Shown here piece after piece: positions 49,566 through 62,217 of a stretch of DNA of 64,000 nt. Position 1 is the first letter of the stretch. Each line of letters starts with the position of its first letter. Below the pieces are notes generated by a model. The model made no database searches. It had not been told where the DNA came from and was given only the letters and a program-made list of their open reading frames with translations. Origin of the DNA: Tubiluchus corallicola (lineage: Eukaryota > Animalia > Priapulida); assembly GCA_030141605.1 (NCBI GenBank), contig JAQGDQ010000287.1:232190-296189 (forward strand), given 5' to 3'. The position numbers and the translations under genes were made by a program.

Positions 49566-51937
49566 ACGTTTTCATTATGTCTATTTGTAGTTCACTAGAT
49601 AACAATACATGATCGAGACGTGCGCTGTAATTTAACATAATGTAATACTAGCAAAAACCGTTTTCTTAAACAACATTCTGCCAAAAATTCCATAGTTCAC
49701 AAGATTGACAAACCCAAATGAAAGGCTACATGATTTACAAATTTATATCTAGATGTTTTTATAATGAATACTCCCAAAATGCAAATATGTACCAGCTCTT
49801 GTACATTTTAATAATCTTACCATATCACTGATATTACAAACAGCTATATGAAATCTAATAATACATGTTCTACCAAGACTAACAGCACGTTTGGACTAGC
49901 CAGTTTTCTTGGACATGTTAACTCACCATGTAACTCGCAAGCATGTTCAATTAGCATCAGAGAGTTTGCAATGTAACTCGCACCGTATCCACACTTGTGT
50001 TTACTGTCAGAGAGAATACTCGTTAGTCTGAATGCGCAATAAGCAGTCTTTATACCCAATTAGCACTTCAAGAGACAAATCTTGAACCGACCTACATGAG
50101 AATTTTGTAACTGATAAATCTAGCCATTAACACATTTTGTTAGTTTACAATTTAATTATACAGGTTATTAGCGTATTAGTTAGTTAACATATTAAGAATA
50201 TGTCTAGCTATTAATACATTTTTTGTTAATTTACAATTTAATGATACATACTACTAGTATATTATAACTAGCTGGGGCTCTAACAACATGTTGAGTTCAA
50301 TTGTGAATAAACAGAAATTTGAATCAACACATTTTGATTTTTCAATAGTAGACGTGGAATATGACTCAATATTACCATTTCACGTAATTAATACTGCCTT
50401 GGCAGCTCTGGCTACGTGCAAACCTTTAAGTTGGACTTATCACGGGACTGATAACGAACATTATTAAACTAAACAAAGTGTCAAAAAAATTAGATTAAGA
50501 GTGTTTCAGAAAGACATAACTGTGCCTACATCACAGCAAATATTGCAAAAATATAACTGGTTAGTGGTTACAACTTTAAGCCACAACTTGCAGTTCAGCT
50601 AAAACTGATTTGTGCAAAAATGTTACACAGCAACTCTCAAAAGCTTATATAACAGAATAATTATCAATCGTACTTGATACTTTCTAACATTTCTCCAGAA
50701 CATAAAAAAATTAACTGTGAATATGCAGAATACTTGATCACATAGTGTATGTGTAAATAAACTCACAGTAGCGTTTGCAAAATACGTAGAAAAATATTAA
50801 AACATTTGATTCATACAGAGCGCACTATGAGTATGTTTGGTCATGCAGCACATTTCTTGCAAAAAAAATTGATATTACTCTACATTATTGGGTGGCACAC
50901 TTGTGGACGTAAAGGTAACAATTATGCTGTGTAAACTACACGATATGAATACTAATAACAATAGTAATGCACTTTCAAAACTATGCAAGAAGCCCGCTAT
51001 GAATATAATTGCCCGTATATGCACTTTTGCGCATACAAGTCTAGTACCCTTGCTAGTGATACCACCACTGCAGCACTTCGGAAAAATTACCATGTATTCT
51101 TAACACGATGAGACCTATATTGGCAAGATAATTTTCCCAACTTTTCGCTTAAAACTGTCTGAGAATCTATAGTTCAGCACCTGTCTAATCTAAGATTCGA
51201 GTTTCGTATTTCAAGTGCGAAAAGCTCTTCTCCTAAGAAACTTCGCAGAGTTGTGCATCTTCACCAGTAACCTTACCAAAGATCACACAAAAATGTTGTC
51301 AGTACTTTTGCTGCACTGCGCAGTAAGCGACGATAAGACAAAATTTGAAATTTCAATTAGTTGCCTGAAATGATGATTTTCGTGTAAAAATTGTAGTTTC
51401 TCTGGGGTTACATGACGCTTATGACATCTGCTATGTCAAATTTTAAGTAATTCTGCTACAAAAATTTCGCTATGTCTTTTGAAAACACTAAGCTAAGAAT
51501 TTTCATAAACTTATGCAATTTCTTACAGAATTTAAAGATAACCATAGTGTACATAGTGATAACCAATTTGAGAAAATGTGGCAAGTGGGCACCAGTAACA
51601 ACTAAAGCACAACTATGCTATTAATACCAGTTGCCTCGTATTAGGCAAAAGAAAACCTTAGATGAAACGAACCTCAATCCAATCAACGTGTTCATTAAAA
51701 AAAGTTAGTTAAATTAACAAAAATAAACTAGTATACCTATCTTCTACATAAGAAAATATTTTGCATAAAATCTTGTATGAAAAACAGTTTCACAATCGGC
51801 GTGAACATGTAATGGCAATCAACAGCATTCATTAAAAATATATTTAAATGAACTAATAAAAATAAATGGTTGTATTGTATCTTGTCTTTAACAAAATATT
51901 TGGTATAAAACAATGTATAAAAAACTCATGATTGTTG

Positions 51938-52063
51938 TCATGTCTTCAGTCCAAGGCTGCTTGCTGCTAGCTCACGAAGTTTAAACTTCTGCACTTTGCC
52001 GGTTACAGTCAACGGGAATTCTTCTACAAACTTGATGTACTTCGGAATCTTAAAGTGTGAAAT
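51938..52063 (-). CDS. ACSF2: ACSF2-like last exon (stop)
   Basis: [31 protein letters not shown]...KT*. Confidence 0.92.
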   Translation of the reverse strand: MSHFKIPKYIKFVEEFPLTVTGKVQKFKLRELAASSLGLKT

Positions 52064-55000
52064 CTGAAACGACAAGGAAAAACTTAATGACATGAAAGTT
52101 CCATTTAAAGTCAAACTAAACCCTCACATAAGCTTTTGCAACATAAAATCCAACTCTCATTACGAATATTCAATTTACTGTATTATAAACTTACTGTAAA
52201 ATTTGTTTCGTTTGATTTTTTATCACTTCTTTGTTGGCGGAAACAAACAGACAAACATCAGTAACCAAAAACACTTTCTGTACCTCTTACGTCATTCTCG
52301 TTCACTACCACTAAATAAGCGAAACATGGTGATATTTATGGCAATACACACATTCTAAATTCACTAGAAAAAGGTAAGTTACTTATTTGTAAGTTTCTTT
52401 TGTTTGATAATATCTATGATTTCTTGTGTAACAATAATGATGTGTTAAAAAACTTCAATGTCAGTTTGGCATATCATCCTCAAATTAACTTCATTTCTCA
52501 CAGCCCAACTGGGTGTCAAATATCTCATGCAGTTAAAAACTGAATAATTTTTCCCACAAACTCTTTCCATCCACTTTGGGAGCAGAAAAAGGTGGTATTA
52601 CAGTGAGCCTATGAGGTATGTTATATTTTGCCATAAACGAATCACAAAACAGGCAAGTGTACACAATTACAAAACAGGCAAGAGTACACAATTACAAAAC
52701 AGACAAGTGTACACAATCACAAAACAGACAAGTGTGCACAATCACAAAACAGACAAGTATACACAATCACAAAACAGACAAGTGTGCACAATCACAAAAC
52801 AGACAAGTGTACACAATCACAAAACAGACAAGTGTACACAATCACAAAACAGACAAGTGTGCACAATCACAAAACAGACAAGTGTACACAATCACAAAAC
52901 AGACAAGTGTACACAATCACAAAACAGACACGTGTACACAATCACAAAACAGAAAAGAGTACACAATCACAAAACAGACAAGTGTACACAATTACAAAAC
53001 AGACAAGAGTACACAATCACAAAACAGAAAAGGGGTACACAATCACAAAACAGACAAGTGTACACAATCACAAAACAGACAAGTGTACACAATCACAAAA
53101 CAGACAAGTGTACACAATTGCAAAACAGACACGTGTACACAATCACAAAACAGACAAGAGTACACAATCACAAAACAGAAAAGAGTACACAATCACAAAA
53201 CAGACAAGTGTACACAATCACAAAACAGACAAGTGTGCACAATCACAAAACAGACAAGTGTGCACAATCACAAAACAGACACGTGTACACAATCACAAAA
53301 CAGACAAGAGTACACAATCACAAAACAGAAAAGAGTATACAATCACAAAACAGACAAGAGTACACAATCACAAAACAGACAAGAGTACACAATCACAAAA
53401 CAGACAAGATTACACAATCACAAAACAGACAAGAGTACACAATCACAAAACAGAAAAGAGTACACAATCACAAAACAGACAAGAGTGCCCAATCACAAAA
53501 CAGAAAAGAGTACACAATCACAAAACAGACAAGAGTACACAATCACAAAACAGACAAGTGTGCACAATCACAAAACAGACAAGTGTACACAATCACAAAA
53601 CAGACACGTGTACACAATCACAAAACAGACAAGTGTACACAATCACAAAACAGACACGTGTACACAATCACAAAACAGAAAAGAGTACACAATCACAAAA
53701 CAGACAAGTGTACACAATTACAAAACAGACAAGAGTACACAATCACAAAACAGAAAAGAGTACACAATCACAAAACAGACAAGTGTACACAATCACAAAA
53801 CAGACAAGTGTACACAATCACAAAACAGACAAGTGTACACAATTACAAAACAGACACGTGTACACAATCACAAAACAGACAAGAGTACACAATCACAAAA
53901 CAGACAAGAGTACACAATCACAAAACAGAAAAGAGTACACAATCTCAAAACAGACAAGAGTACACAATCACAAAACAGACAAGAGTACACAATCACAAAA
54001 CAGACAAGAGTACACAATCACAAAACAGACAAGTGTACACAATCACAAAACAGACAAGTGTACACAATCACAAAACAGACACGTGTACACAATCACAAAA
54101 CAGACAAGTGTACACAATTACAAAACAGACACGTGTACACAATCACAAAACAGACAAGAGTACACAATCACAAAACAGACAAGAGTACACAATCACAAAA
54201 CAGACAAGAGTACACAATCTCAAAACAGAAAAGAGTACACAATCACAAAACAGACAAGAGTACACAATCACAAAACAGACAAGAGTACACAATCACAAAA
54301 CAGACAAGAGTACACAATCACAAAACAGACAAGAGTACACAATCACAAAACAGACAAGAGTACACAATCACAAAACAGACAAAAGTACACAATCACAAAA
54401 CAGACAAGAGTGCACAATCACAAAACAGACAAGAGTACATAATCACAAAACAGACAAGAGTGCACAATCACAAAACAGACAAGAGTACACAATCACAAAA
54501 CAGACAAGAGTACACAGATCAGAATCCTCAATTTTCACTCAAAAGGTTGATAAATTAAAAGAAAATGATTAAACTAACCATTTGCAAAGTAATGAATTAC
54601 TCAAAATTAATCATCTTTATTAAGAACTTACATAATATGCATTCAACTATATAATAGACTGTAGGCTTACTGCTTTAACAAAGATGTATACGTAAAAAAT
54701 GCAGAAAGCATTTTCCATATAACTGTTCACTAGTATATGACTACTTAGTATAAAATAATGATATATATGCATTATTTTCTGTGCAAACGGTAAATAAAAA
54801 CTCTGCATGGATGTTCACATGATACAGCAGACAATTATTATTAATGCAAGGAAATAGCTATACATACTACATGGAGTAATATTTGACATAACACAGAACT
54901 ACAGTGATAATGCTAATGCAAGCTCTTTATGCAATAAGACAAATTTTTTAAACTTTAGTTACAAAGAGTGCTTTAATACATCTCCACTATGATAACAGGA

Positions 55001-58000
55001 TACATTTTTTCACATTTAGAGTACGAACAGATGCAAACACAACTACAGCTACAATCAGAAGTGTTTAAGTAGTATGAGTATTAATAGTAAATAAAACCGA
55101 GGAAATAAAACAGACTCAGTTGCTTACTTGTCCTTTGCAAAAAGCTTTCACTTCCTCTTCCGTGAGTTGTGAATTTGGTTTTAGTCGCAGCCAGGCAAAC
55201 AGTTCCTCTCCCATCCTTTCATCGGGAACCCCAACTATCTGCAGCACAAAAACAATTGCATAAACAAGCCGCCGATCAAACGGAATAATCGGACTGGGAT
55301 AAATTCCGTTTTAAAGGTATTGATCAGTGGCAATTGGTAATCAATTTCCATTTTGTATAGAAAATGAGCTTTTATGTAACATTTTTAGAAGGAGTAAGTG
55401 TTGCTAATTTGCATAATATTACTGGTTGCTATAATTTCAGTTAGCCATGCTAAATGAATGGCTAAGTGGCGTTTAACTGACACCCGGAAAGCATTATACG
55501 AATGCAGAATAGATAAAATCGATTTATATTGTTTTCAATGCACCTGTCTGTTTATCAGACCTGCGTTATGCTTATTTTTTCTGCAGCTAATTCTTAGAGA
55601 TTTTTTATTTCGTAGTTGGATAATAATGCATAAAGTATTCCGGAGGAAATGTCAGTTTAGCACTATAGACACTAGTGTAATAAAAAAGAGAAAAAAAGAG
55701 TATGATATCTAAAAAATGAATCTAGGCAAAAAAGTCCAAGGTAAAAGGTAAAAAAGTCACAGAAAAAAAGAATGCGCCCTAACCCCAACTAAAATTAATT
55801 GTGATTTTATTACCAGTCAGTAGTTTGTCATTTTCACAGGCTGTAGTGTATTGTCCGACATTGATGAGTGACTCAATCTTGTTTTGTTAGAAACATTGTC
55901 CAACTCGTACTTTCGCATAACTCAACAAAATTTCCGGTACCTAGGTGCTCAAGTTATACATAGTTTACTGTATAAAGGTATTGCCGTTATCAGTTGTCTG
56001 CAGTATAATAAGTTACTAGTGATACTTTTAAAAAAGTTACGTGACAGAAAACAAAGTCTAAACGGCGAAGTCTAAACTAAAATCAGTTCTCAGACACTAT
56101 GAACACCCTCAATGGGGTATACTTAATCTAATCCAACATCTGTCATCACACAAAGTGTATAGACCCAGACTTACATAGGCATCTTGAATGTTGGGATGTG
56201 TGTGAAGGAAGTTTTCAATCTCATTGGGAGAGATGTTTTCTCCACCACGGATAACCATATCTTTCATCCTTCCCACGATCCTTGCAAATCCTTCCTCATC
56301 AAGAGTGGCTACATCCCTGAATATAAAGAAACATGAAAGTCATCAGTACAAACTTTCTGTATAATTTGCAAGGATGTTTTTTACTGTTTTTCACAATATA
56401 GCAAGAACAAAAATTTGCTAAAAGCACAGTAAAAAAATAACCTAATATTCACTTCTTGCATCAGCATCAAATGCTTAGCCAGTATTATTGTGATGTTACT
56501 AGGACGTACCTAGTGTTATTGTAATGTTACTAGGACTTACCTAGTGTTATTGTAATTTCACTAGGACTTACCTAGTGTTATTATAATGTTACTAGGACTT
56601 ACCTAGTGTTATTGTAATGTTACTAGGACTTACCTAGTGTTATTGTAATGCTACTAGGACTTACCTAGTGTTATTGTAATGTTACTAGGACTTACCTAGT
56701 GTTATTGTAATGCTACTAGGACTTACCTAGTGTTATTGTAATGTTACTAGGACTTACCTAGTGTTATTGTAATGCTACTAGGACTTACCTAGTGTTATTG
56801 TAATGTTACTAGGACTTACCTAGTGTTATTGTAATGTTACTAGGATTCATCCAGTGTTATTGTAATGTTACTAAAACATACCCAGTGTTATTATAATGCT
56901 ACTAGGACTTACCTAGTGTTATTGTAATGCTACTAGGACTTACCTAGTGTTATTGTAATGCTACTAGGACTTACCCAGCATTATTGTAATGTTACTAGGA
57001 CTTTGTTACTGTAATGTTACTAGGACTTATCCAGTGCTACTGTAATGTTACTAGGACTTAACCAGTGTTACTGTAATGTTACTAGGAATTACCCATTATT
57101 ACTGTAATGCTACTATGCTAAAATGAGCTTCATTGAAGGAATTTCTAAAATCAATAGTATTATAAATGAACTCTAAACCAGCCATGTGCAAAAGGTATTA
57201 AATCTGTAAATAGGGTTGGCTGTATTTAGTTGATCGTATGGACTTTTGCCACCCTTTCTCCAATACAATTAAGCTTTCTTTTTAACACCAAGTAGGCTAA
57301 TAACAAATACTTATTAGTTTGTAAATTGTGGAAATTATTACTATGTCTATCATGCACTGTAAAACTTAAAGAAGATAAATAAACAATTTTAATCTTAATC
57401 TTACTAGGACTTATGCAGCGTTATTGTAATGCTACTAGGACTTACCTAGTATTATTGTAATGCTATTAAGACTTACCTAGTATTATTGTAATGCTACTAG
57501 GACTTACCTAGTATTATTGTAATGTTACCAGGACTTACCCAGTATGAAACCATCTATCTTCATCATAAACTTCAGCCGTCTTTTCACTGTCTCCCCAGTA
57601 ACCTCGCATGACCAGGTATCCACGTGTGCACAGTTCTCCAGGTGTGTTCACAGGGAGAATTCTGTTATCATTATCCACAATCTTTACCTGTACATAATAA
57701 GAATAAAATGACAGTTAATAAAATGAATCTAATGTTAGCATACATCAGGAATAGCCAACCCAATAGCCAACCTCAGACATACAGTATTCTCCTAATTTCT
57801 CTATATATCAAAAAAAGTTTAAATGTTTCACCACGTATAATGTGGCTTCCAAGTAATTAGCATGCTAATTTGAACAAAAAACGAAAAACTGTTGGGTAAA
57901 AGAGATTAAAGGGTTTATATATCAAAGTCTAGTAAGCATTCTGTTTACAGTGACTTTAAGTCACACCGTGAGCAAATAACGGCGAACGGTGATATTTAAA

Positions 58001-60765
58001 GCTTGCTATCACTAGCTGGTATAAACTTAGGTGCATTGTTATCACTTCGTGAAATGTTTAAGTTTTAAAATTACAAAGAAGATGCTGATGATGACAATCA
58101 CTGTAACAACAGACAGACAGTAGTTTCAACAAACATTCTTAGTGACAGTCGACTGGTACCGCCATCTATTGTAACTTACTGTAAGAAAATAAGCTGGACC
58201 ATTTTTATAGACTACAAAATGTAATAAATTCTTTGCAACTCAATCTATTTCACTGTATTAATTTTAGATCTAATACGATAGGCTAATACTAATTCTGTAC
58301 TGCAAAAATTAAAATTAATATTAAAATTTTATTAAAGAAAATTTGTTTTTATGTTAAATTCGACCTTTAAATTGGACTGTTGCTCAACCCTGACAAATTC
58401 TGTAAAATGGACGCATGAAATAAATGGAATTATCAATACAATAGGCTAGTGTAGATGTAAACAACAATGCGCTGTATTTGTATTCATCAATTATAAAGTA
58501 AAAGCACCAGTGGTGATGTCAGCGGTAAACAAAGGGGTCCCTGTGTGCAGACCATCAATGGCAACTGGAGAGCAGACATTTCTGAAAGGCTGTAAAATTG
58601 ACTGTTTCACCAACCCACCCCAACGCTTCAACAAGACTGCCTACTATCTATCTAATATTTTGCATAGTATCTCATCAATATCTGCTCTGGTTCAGTGAGT
58701 GCAAAGCCCTCAAGGCCATCGTTATAATAATCTTACTAATTTAGTATCACTATGCAGTTCAGCCACGAAATGCTCACCTAGGCCCAGTTTTCATAAACAT
58801 ACAAAACTTATTGTTGCTAAATTGTTCTTTTAAGCACACAGCAGTGACTCAGCAAATGTAAGCCCTCAAGGTCATCCTGCCACTAATCAATCTAATTTAG
58901 TATCACCGTGCAGTTCAGCCATGAAATGTTCACTTAGCCCAGTTTTCATAAACATACAAGAGTCAATGTTGCTAAATTGCTCTTAATGTGTCATGACATC
59001 ATGACATTTATAGCTTTAGTGCTGTTATTGTGATCACTGATGAGGTTAGCAAATGAGCTTGGAGTGGCACATTAAGCCAGTCCTAGCAACCAGTGAAATG
59101 AGATTATACGCACACACGATTAATGTTTGTCAACCGCTCAAATTTGTTCGACTACTTGAATGAATTGGTTGCTTTAAAGACGAATAGATGTTTATCGACT
59201 ACTTAAATGAACTGGTTGCTTTAAAGATGAATACACATTTACCTGCTTAACTGATGGCTTGTATGCTTGAATGCTAAATAAATGTTAGCTGGATTAGGTT
59301 GTTGCTTGACCATGTCTTGCAAGACATTCTTATGGTAGACTTGTTGACAGAGTCTTCCACTTATTTTATTATTTGTATTTTATTTATTTCAGAATTTTTT
59401 TAGTTTTAATAGTAGTTAGTTTTGCAAAAATGATTTCAGTTTGGTTTAGTTTCGATATCAATTTCATATGTTTCATAAATTTCAGTTTCGGGATCACTTT
59501 CAACTTTTTCTTTTACTGGTTACATACTTGACTTACATAATCTGCCAAAACGAGTAAAACTGTCAAGACTTGTCAGTACCTGCTGATCTCCAAGAAGCAA
59601 ATTCTAGTATAAAAGAAATTGCAAAACAAAAATACAAATCTTTGCCACTTTAAACTCTATCAGCAGTAGTAGTAGCAGTAGCAGCATACCTCAATGTGTG
59701 CTATTGGACGGCCGATCGTCGTGAGCCTTTTTTCTAACGAATCATGAATACTGTTATTAAAAATTAGCGGACTGTTTTCAGTTGTTCCCATGCATATCTG
59801 AAAAGGAACAAGTTAAGAAATTAAACAGAGAGTGCAAACATATCAACAAGCAGTCATACGCTGGAGAAATACAGAAGTAATATTGCAGTGTGGATGGCCA
59901 AATTAATTTTGTTACCTACATCGAATTAAACTCGTATCTCAGGCACAGCGGAAAATAATTCAATAAACATCTGAAATGTTTCAAATGAAACAGTGCAGCA
60001 GAAATATGCCCTATGCTGAAATGTGTCTAACACATCACAATGGAGTGCTTTTGAGCATTAAAGGAAAAGACAGCCGTCTGGGAAGTTACGTTTATTTCAA
60101 CATTTGCGAGAAGTGTTGGAAGGATTTTGAACTGGCTTATCTTCCACTACTGACGTCATTCATCGGCTGAAGAAAAGCACCGTACTGTCAATTTTAGTCA
60201 AGGGTATAACAATTTTTTACAAAAAATTAGGTAGCTAATGTTGAGATGTTTTTGCATGAACATTAGGTAGGCCGTACAAGTTTGATTTAGTTTAAGCAAC
60301 GTACGGAAAGCCACGATGCACTTACGAAAAGTCACCAAGTGTACTAGATATGTCATAATTTTCAAGTAAATGGCGGCAACCACCATGCCTGAAAATTTCT
60401 ATACAGTGGTGCTGTGCTTTATAGAGAGTTTTTATGCAAATTTCTTTGTTATATTTGTCTAAGTTTAATTGATAATAATAAAAAAAACATGCTAACTGAG
60501 TTGAGCTTTCCTTTAAAGCACAATGTAAGAGATCAGACAATAATAACAGGCAGAAGTGCATGCACAACTTCTATGACATTAAGCACTCATTGTACTTTGC
60601 ATGGTACAAAACTGGCACGCTCATGCCATTTGTTAGTACACTGTTTCTTTTGGAACGCCCTGTATAAATAGTTTGTAAGATTTAGTACCTGTAGACCTGG
60701 CATATGCATTTTCTCCATTAATGACTTGCATAATTCCACGGGAACTGGTGCTCCGGATATTAAAC
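51938..60765 (-). CDS. ACSF2: ACSF2-like medium-chain acyl-CoA synthetase, 3' six exons: complement(join 60689..60765,59690..59797,57539..57687,56175..56316,55128..55238,51938..52063); 5' part outside the window
   Basis: AMP-binding family motifs [73 protein letters not shown]; phases consistent. Confidence 0.9.
52640..54517. repeat. 25-bp minisatellite, about 75 copies, in the last ACSF2 intron
   Basis: Unit cacaatcacaaaacagacaag(t/a)gta; stop-free on + in all frames, giving spurious ORFs. Confidence 0.98.
55128..55238 (-). CDS. ACSF2: ACSF2-like exon
   Basis: [20 protein letters not shown]...VKAFCKGQ|gtaagc. Confidence 0.92.
56175..56316 (-). CDS. ACSF2: ACSF2-like exon
   Basis: [41 protein letters not shown]. 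Confidence 0.92.
56478..57544. repeat. 31-bp minisatellite in two blocks (56478-57116 about 20 copies; 57402-57544 about 4.5 copies) containing a 5' splice site
   Basis: Unit ggacttacctagtgttattgtaatgttacta; the last copy overlaps the real exon donor at 57538. Confidence 0.95.
57539..57687 (-). CDS. ACSF2: ACSF2-like exon
   Basis: VKIVD...[18 protein letters not shown]...WFHT GG|gtaagt. Confidence 0.92.
58704..58985. repeat. Tandem duplication of about 157 bp
   Basis: aagccctcaagg...ctaatttagtatcac..tgcagttcagcca...cccagttttcataaacataca twice. Confidence 0.8.
59149..59236. repeat. Tandem duplication of about 48 bp
   Basis: cgactactt.aatgaa.tggttgctttaaaga.gaata twice. Confidence 0.8.
59690..59797 (-). 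CDS. ACSF2: ACSF2-like exon
   Basis: ttttcag|[10 protein letters not shown]...[10 protein letters not shown]|gtatgc. Confidence 0.88.
60062..60512. mobile_element. Kolobok-type MITE (family B)
   Basis: TTAA (60058-61) AGGAAAAG...AGCTTTCCT TTAA (60513-16). Confidence 0.78.
60689..60765 (-). CDS. ACSF2: ACSF2-like exon
   Basis: cttag|[26 protein letters not shown]|gtact. Confidence 0.85.
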
Positions 60766-61124
60766 CTAAGCAGATTGTATCAAAAAATGTCAGTTTGTGA
60801 TGTATGAAATGGCGACTGGCCTGTATTACACATTTCAACTTTGATGCCTAGCTCTTAAACGAAATTAACCGTGCACTTGTGTAACTTCCTGTAATGTTTT
60901 CTATGACTACTAGAGAAACTGTGCACTTCACAACATCATTTTTTCAAATGAATTTTATCGACTGAAAGAGAAAAATGCCATTCCACTAAGCAGCACCCTT
61001 AGAAGCTACATGTTTCTGGTGCTGGTCAGTCCATAGTGCTTGAACTGTAAAAATTTTAACAAGATTTACGGTACAGTGAAGAACCCGGTAACGCAGCTAG
61101 ATTCTCTCTTGGCTTTTTATTGCA

Positions 61125-62217
61125 ATTGAAGGTATTTTGAAAGGATATGGCAGCACTGTTAAGATGTGGAACTGAAAGCATTTTGGAGGGATATGGCAGC
61201 ACTGTTAAGATGTGGAACTGAAAGCATTTTGGAGGGATATGGCAGCACTGTTAAGATGTGGACCTGAAAGCATTTTGGAGGGATATGGCAGCACTGTTAA
61301 GATGTGCATTTGAAGGCATTTTGGAAGGATATGGCAGCACCGTTAAGATGTGCATTTGAAGGCATTTTGGAAGGATATGGCAGCACTGTTAAGATGTGCA
61401 TTTGAAGGCATTTTGGAAGGATATGGCAGCACTGTTAAGATGTGCATTTGAAGGCATTTTGGAAGGATATGGCAGCACTGTTAAGATGTGCATTTGAAGG
61501 CATTTTGGAAGGATATGGCAGCACTGTTAAGATGTGCATTTGAAGGCATTTTGGAAGGATATGGCAGCACTGTTAAGATGTGCATTTGAAGGCATTTTGG
61601 AAGGATATGGCAGCACTGTTAAGATGTGCATTTGAAGGCATTTTGGAAGGATATGGCAGCACTGTTAAGATGTGCATTTGAAGGCATTTTGGAAGGATAT
61701 GGCAGCACTGTTAAGATGTGCATTTGAAGGCATTTTGGAAGGATATGGCAGCACTGTTAAGATGTGCATTTGAAGGCATTTTGGAAGGATATGGCAGCAC
61801 CGTTAAGATGTGCATTTGAAGGCATTTTGGAAGGATATGGCAGCACCGTTAAGTGTGCATTTGAAGGCATTTTGGAAGGATATGGCAGCACCGTTAAGAT
61901 GTGCATTTGAAGGCATTTTGAAAGGATATGGCAGCACTGTTAAGATGTGCATTTGAAGGCATTTTGGAAGGATATGGCAGCACCGTTAAGATGTGCATTT
62001 GAAGGCATTTTAGAAGGATTTACGGTACAGTGAAGAAGGTATGGCAGCTAGATTAGTTGGCTTTTATGGCAGTTATTTTGAAGGATATGGCAGCACTGTT
62101 AAGATGTGCATTTGAAGGCATTTTGGAAGGATATGGCAGCACTGTTAAGATGTGCATTTGAAGGCATTTTGGAAGGATATGGCAGCACTGTTAAGATGTG
62201 CATTTGAAGGCATTTTG
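61125..62217. repeat. 46-bp minisatellite, about 22 copies, interrupted at about 62018-62080
   Basis: Unit ggatatggcagcactgttaagatgtgcatttgaaggcattttggaa. Confidence 0.96.

Noticed and set aside
52611-54572. Three overlapping 552-653 aa ORFs
   Set aside because: Same 25-aa repeat in all three frames, produced by a stop-free 25-bp unit; antisense within an ACSF2 intron; no codon-position bias.
55776-55790. CCCTAACCC telomere-like motif (also TTAGGG near 627)
   Set aside because: Only 1-2 units and internal to a MITE family; not an interstitial telomere array.
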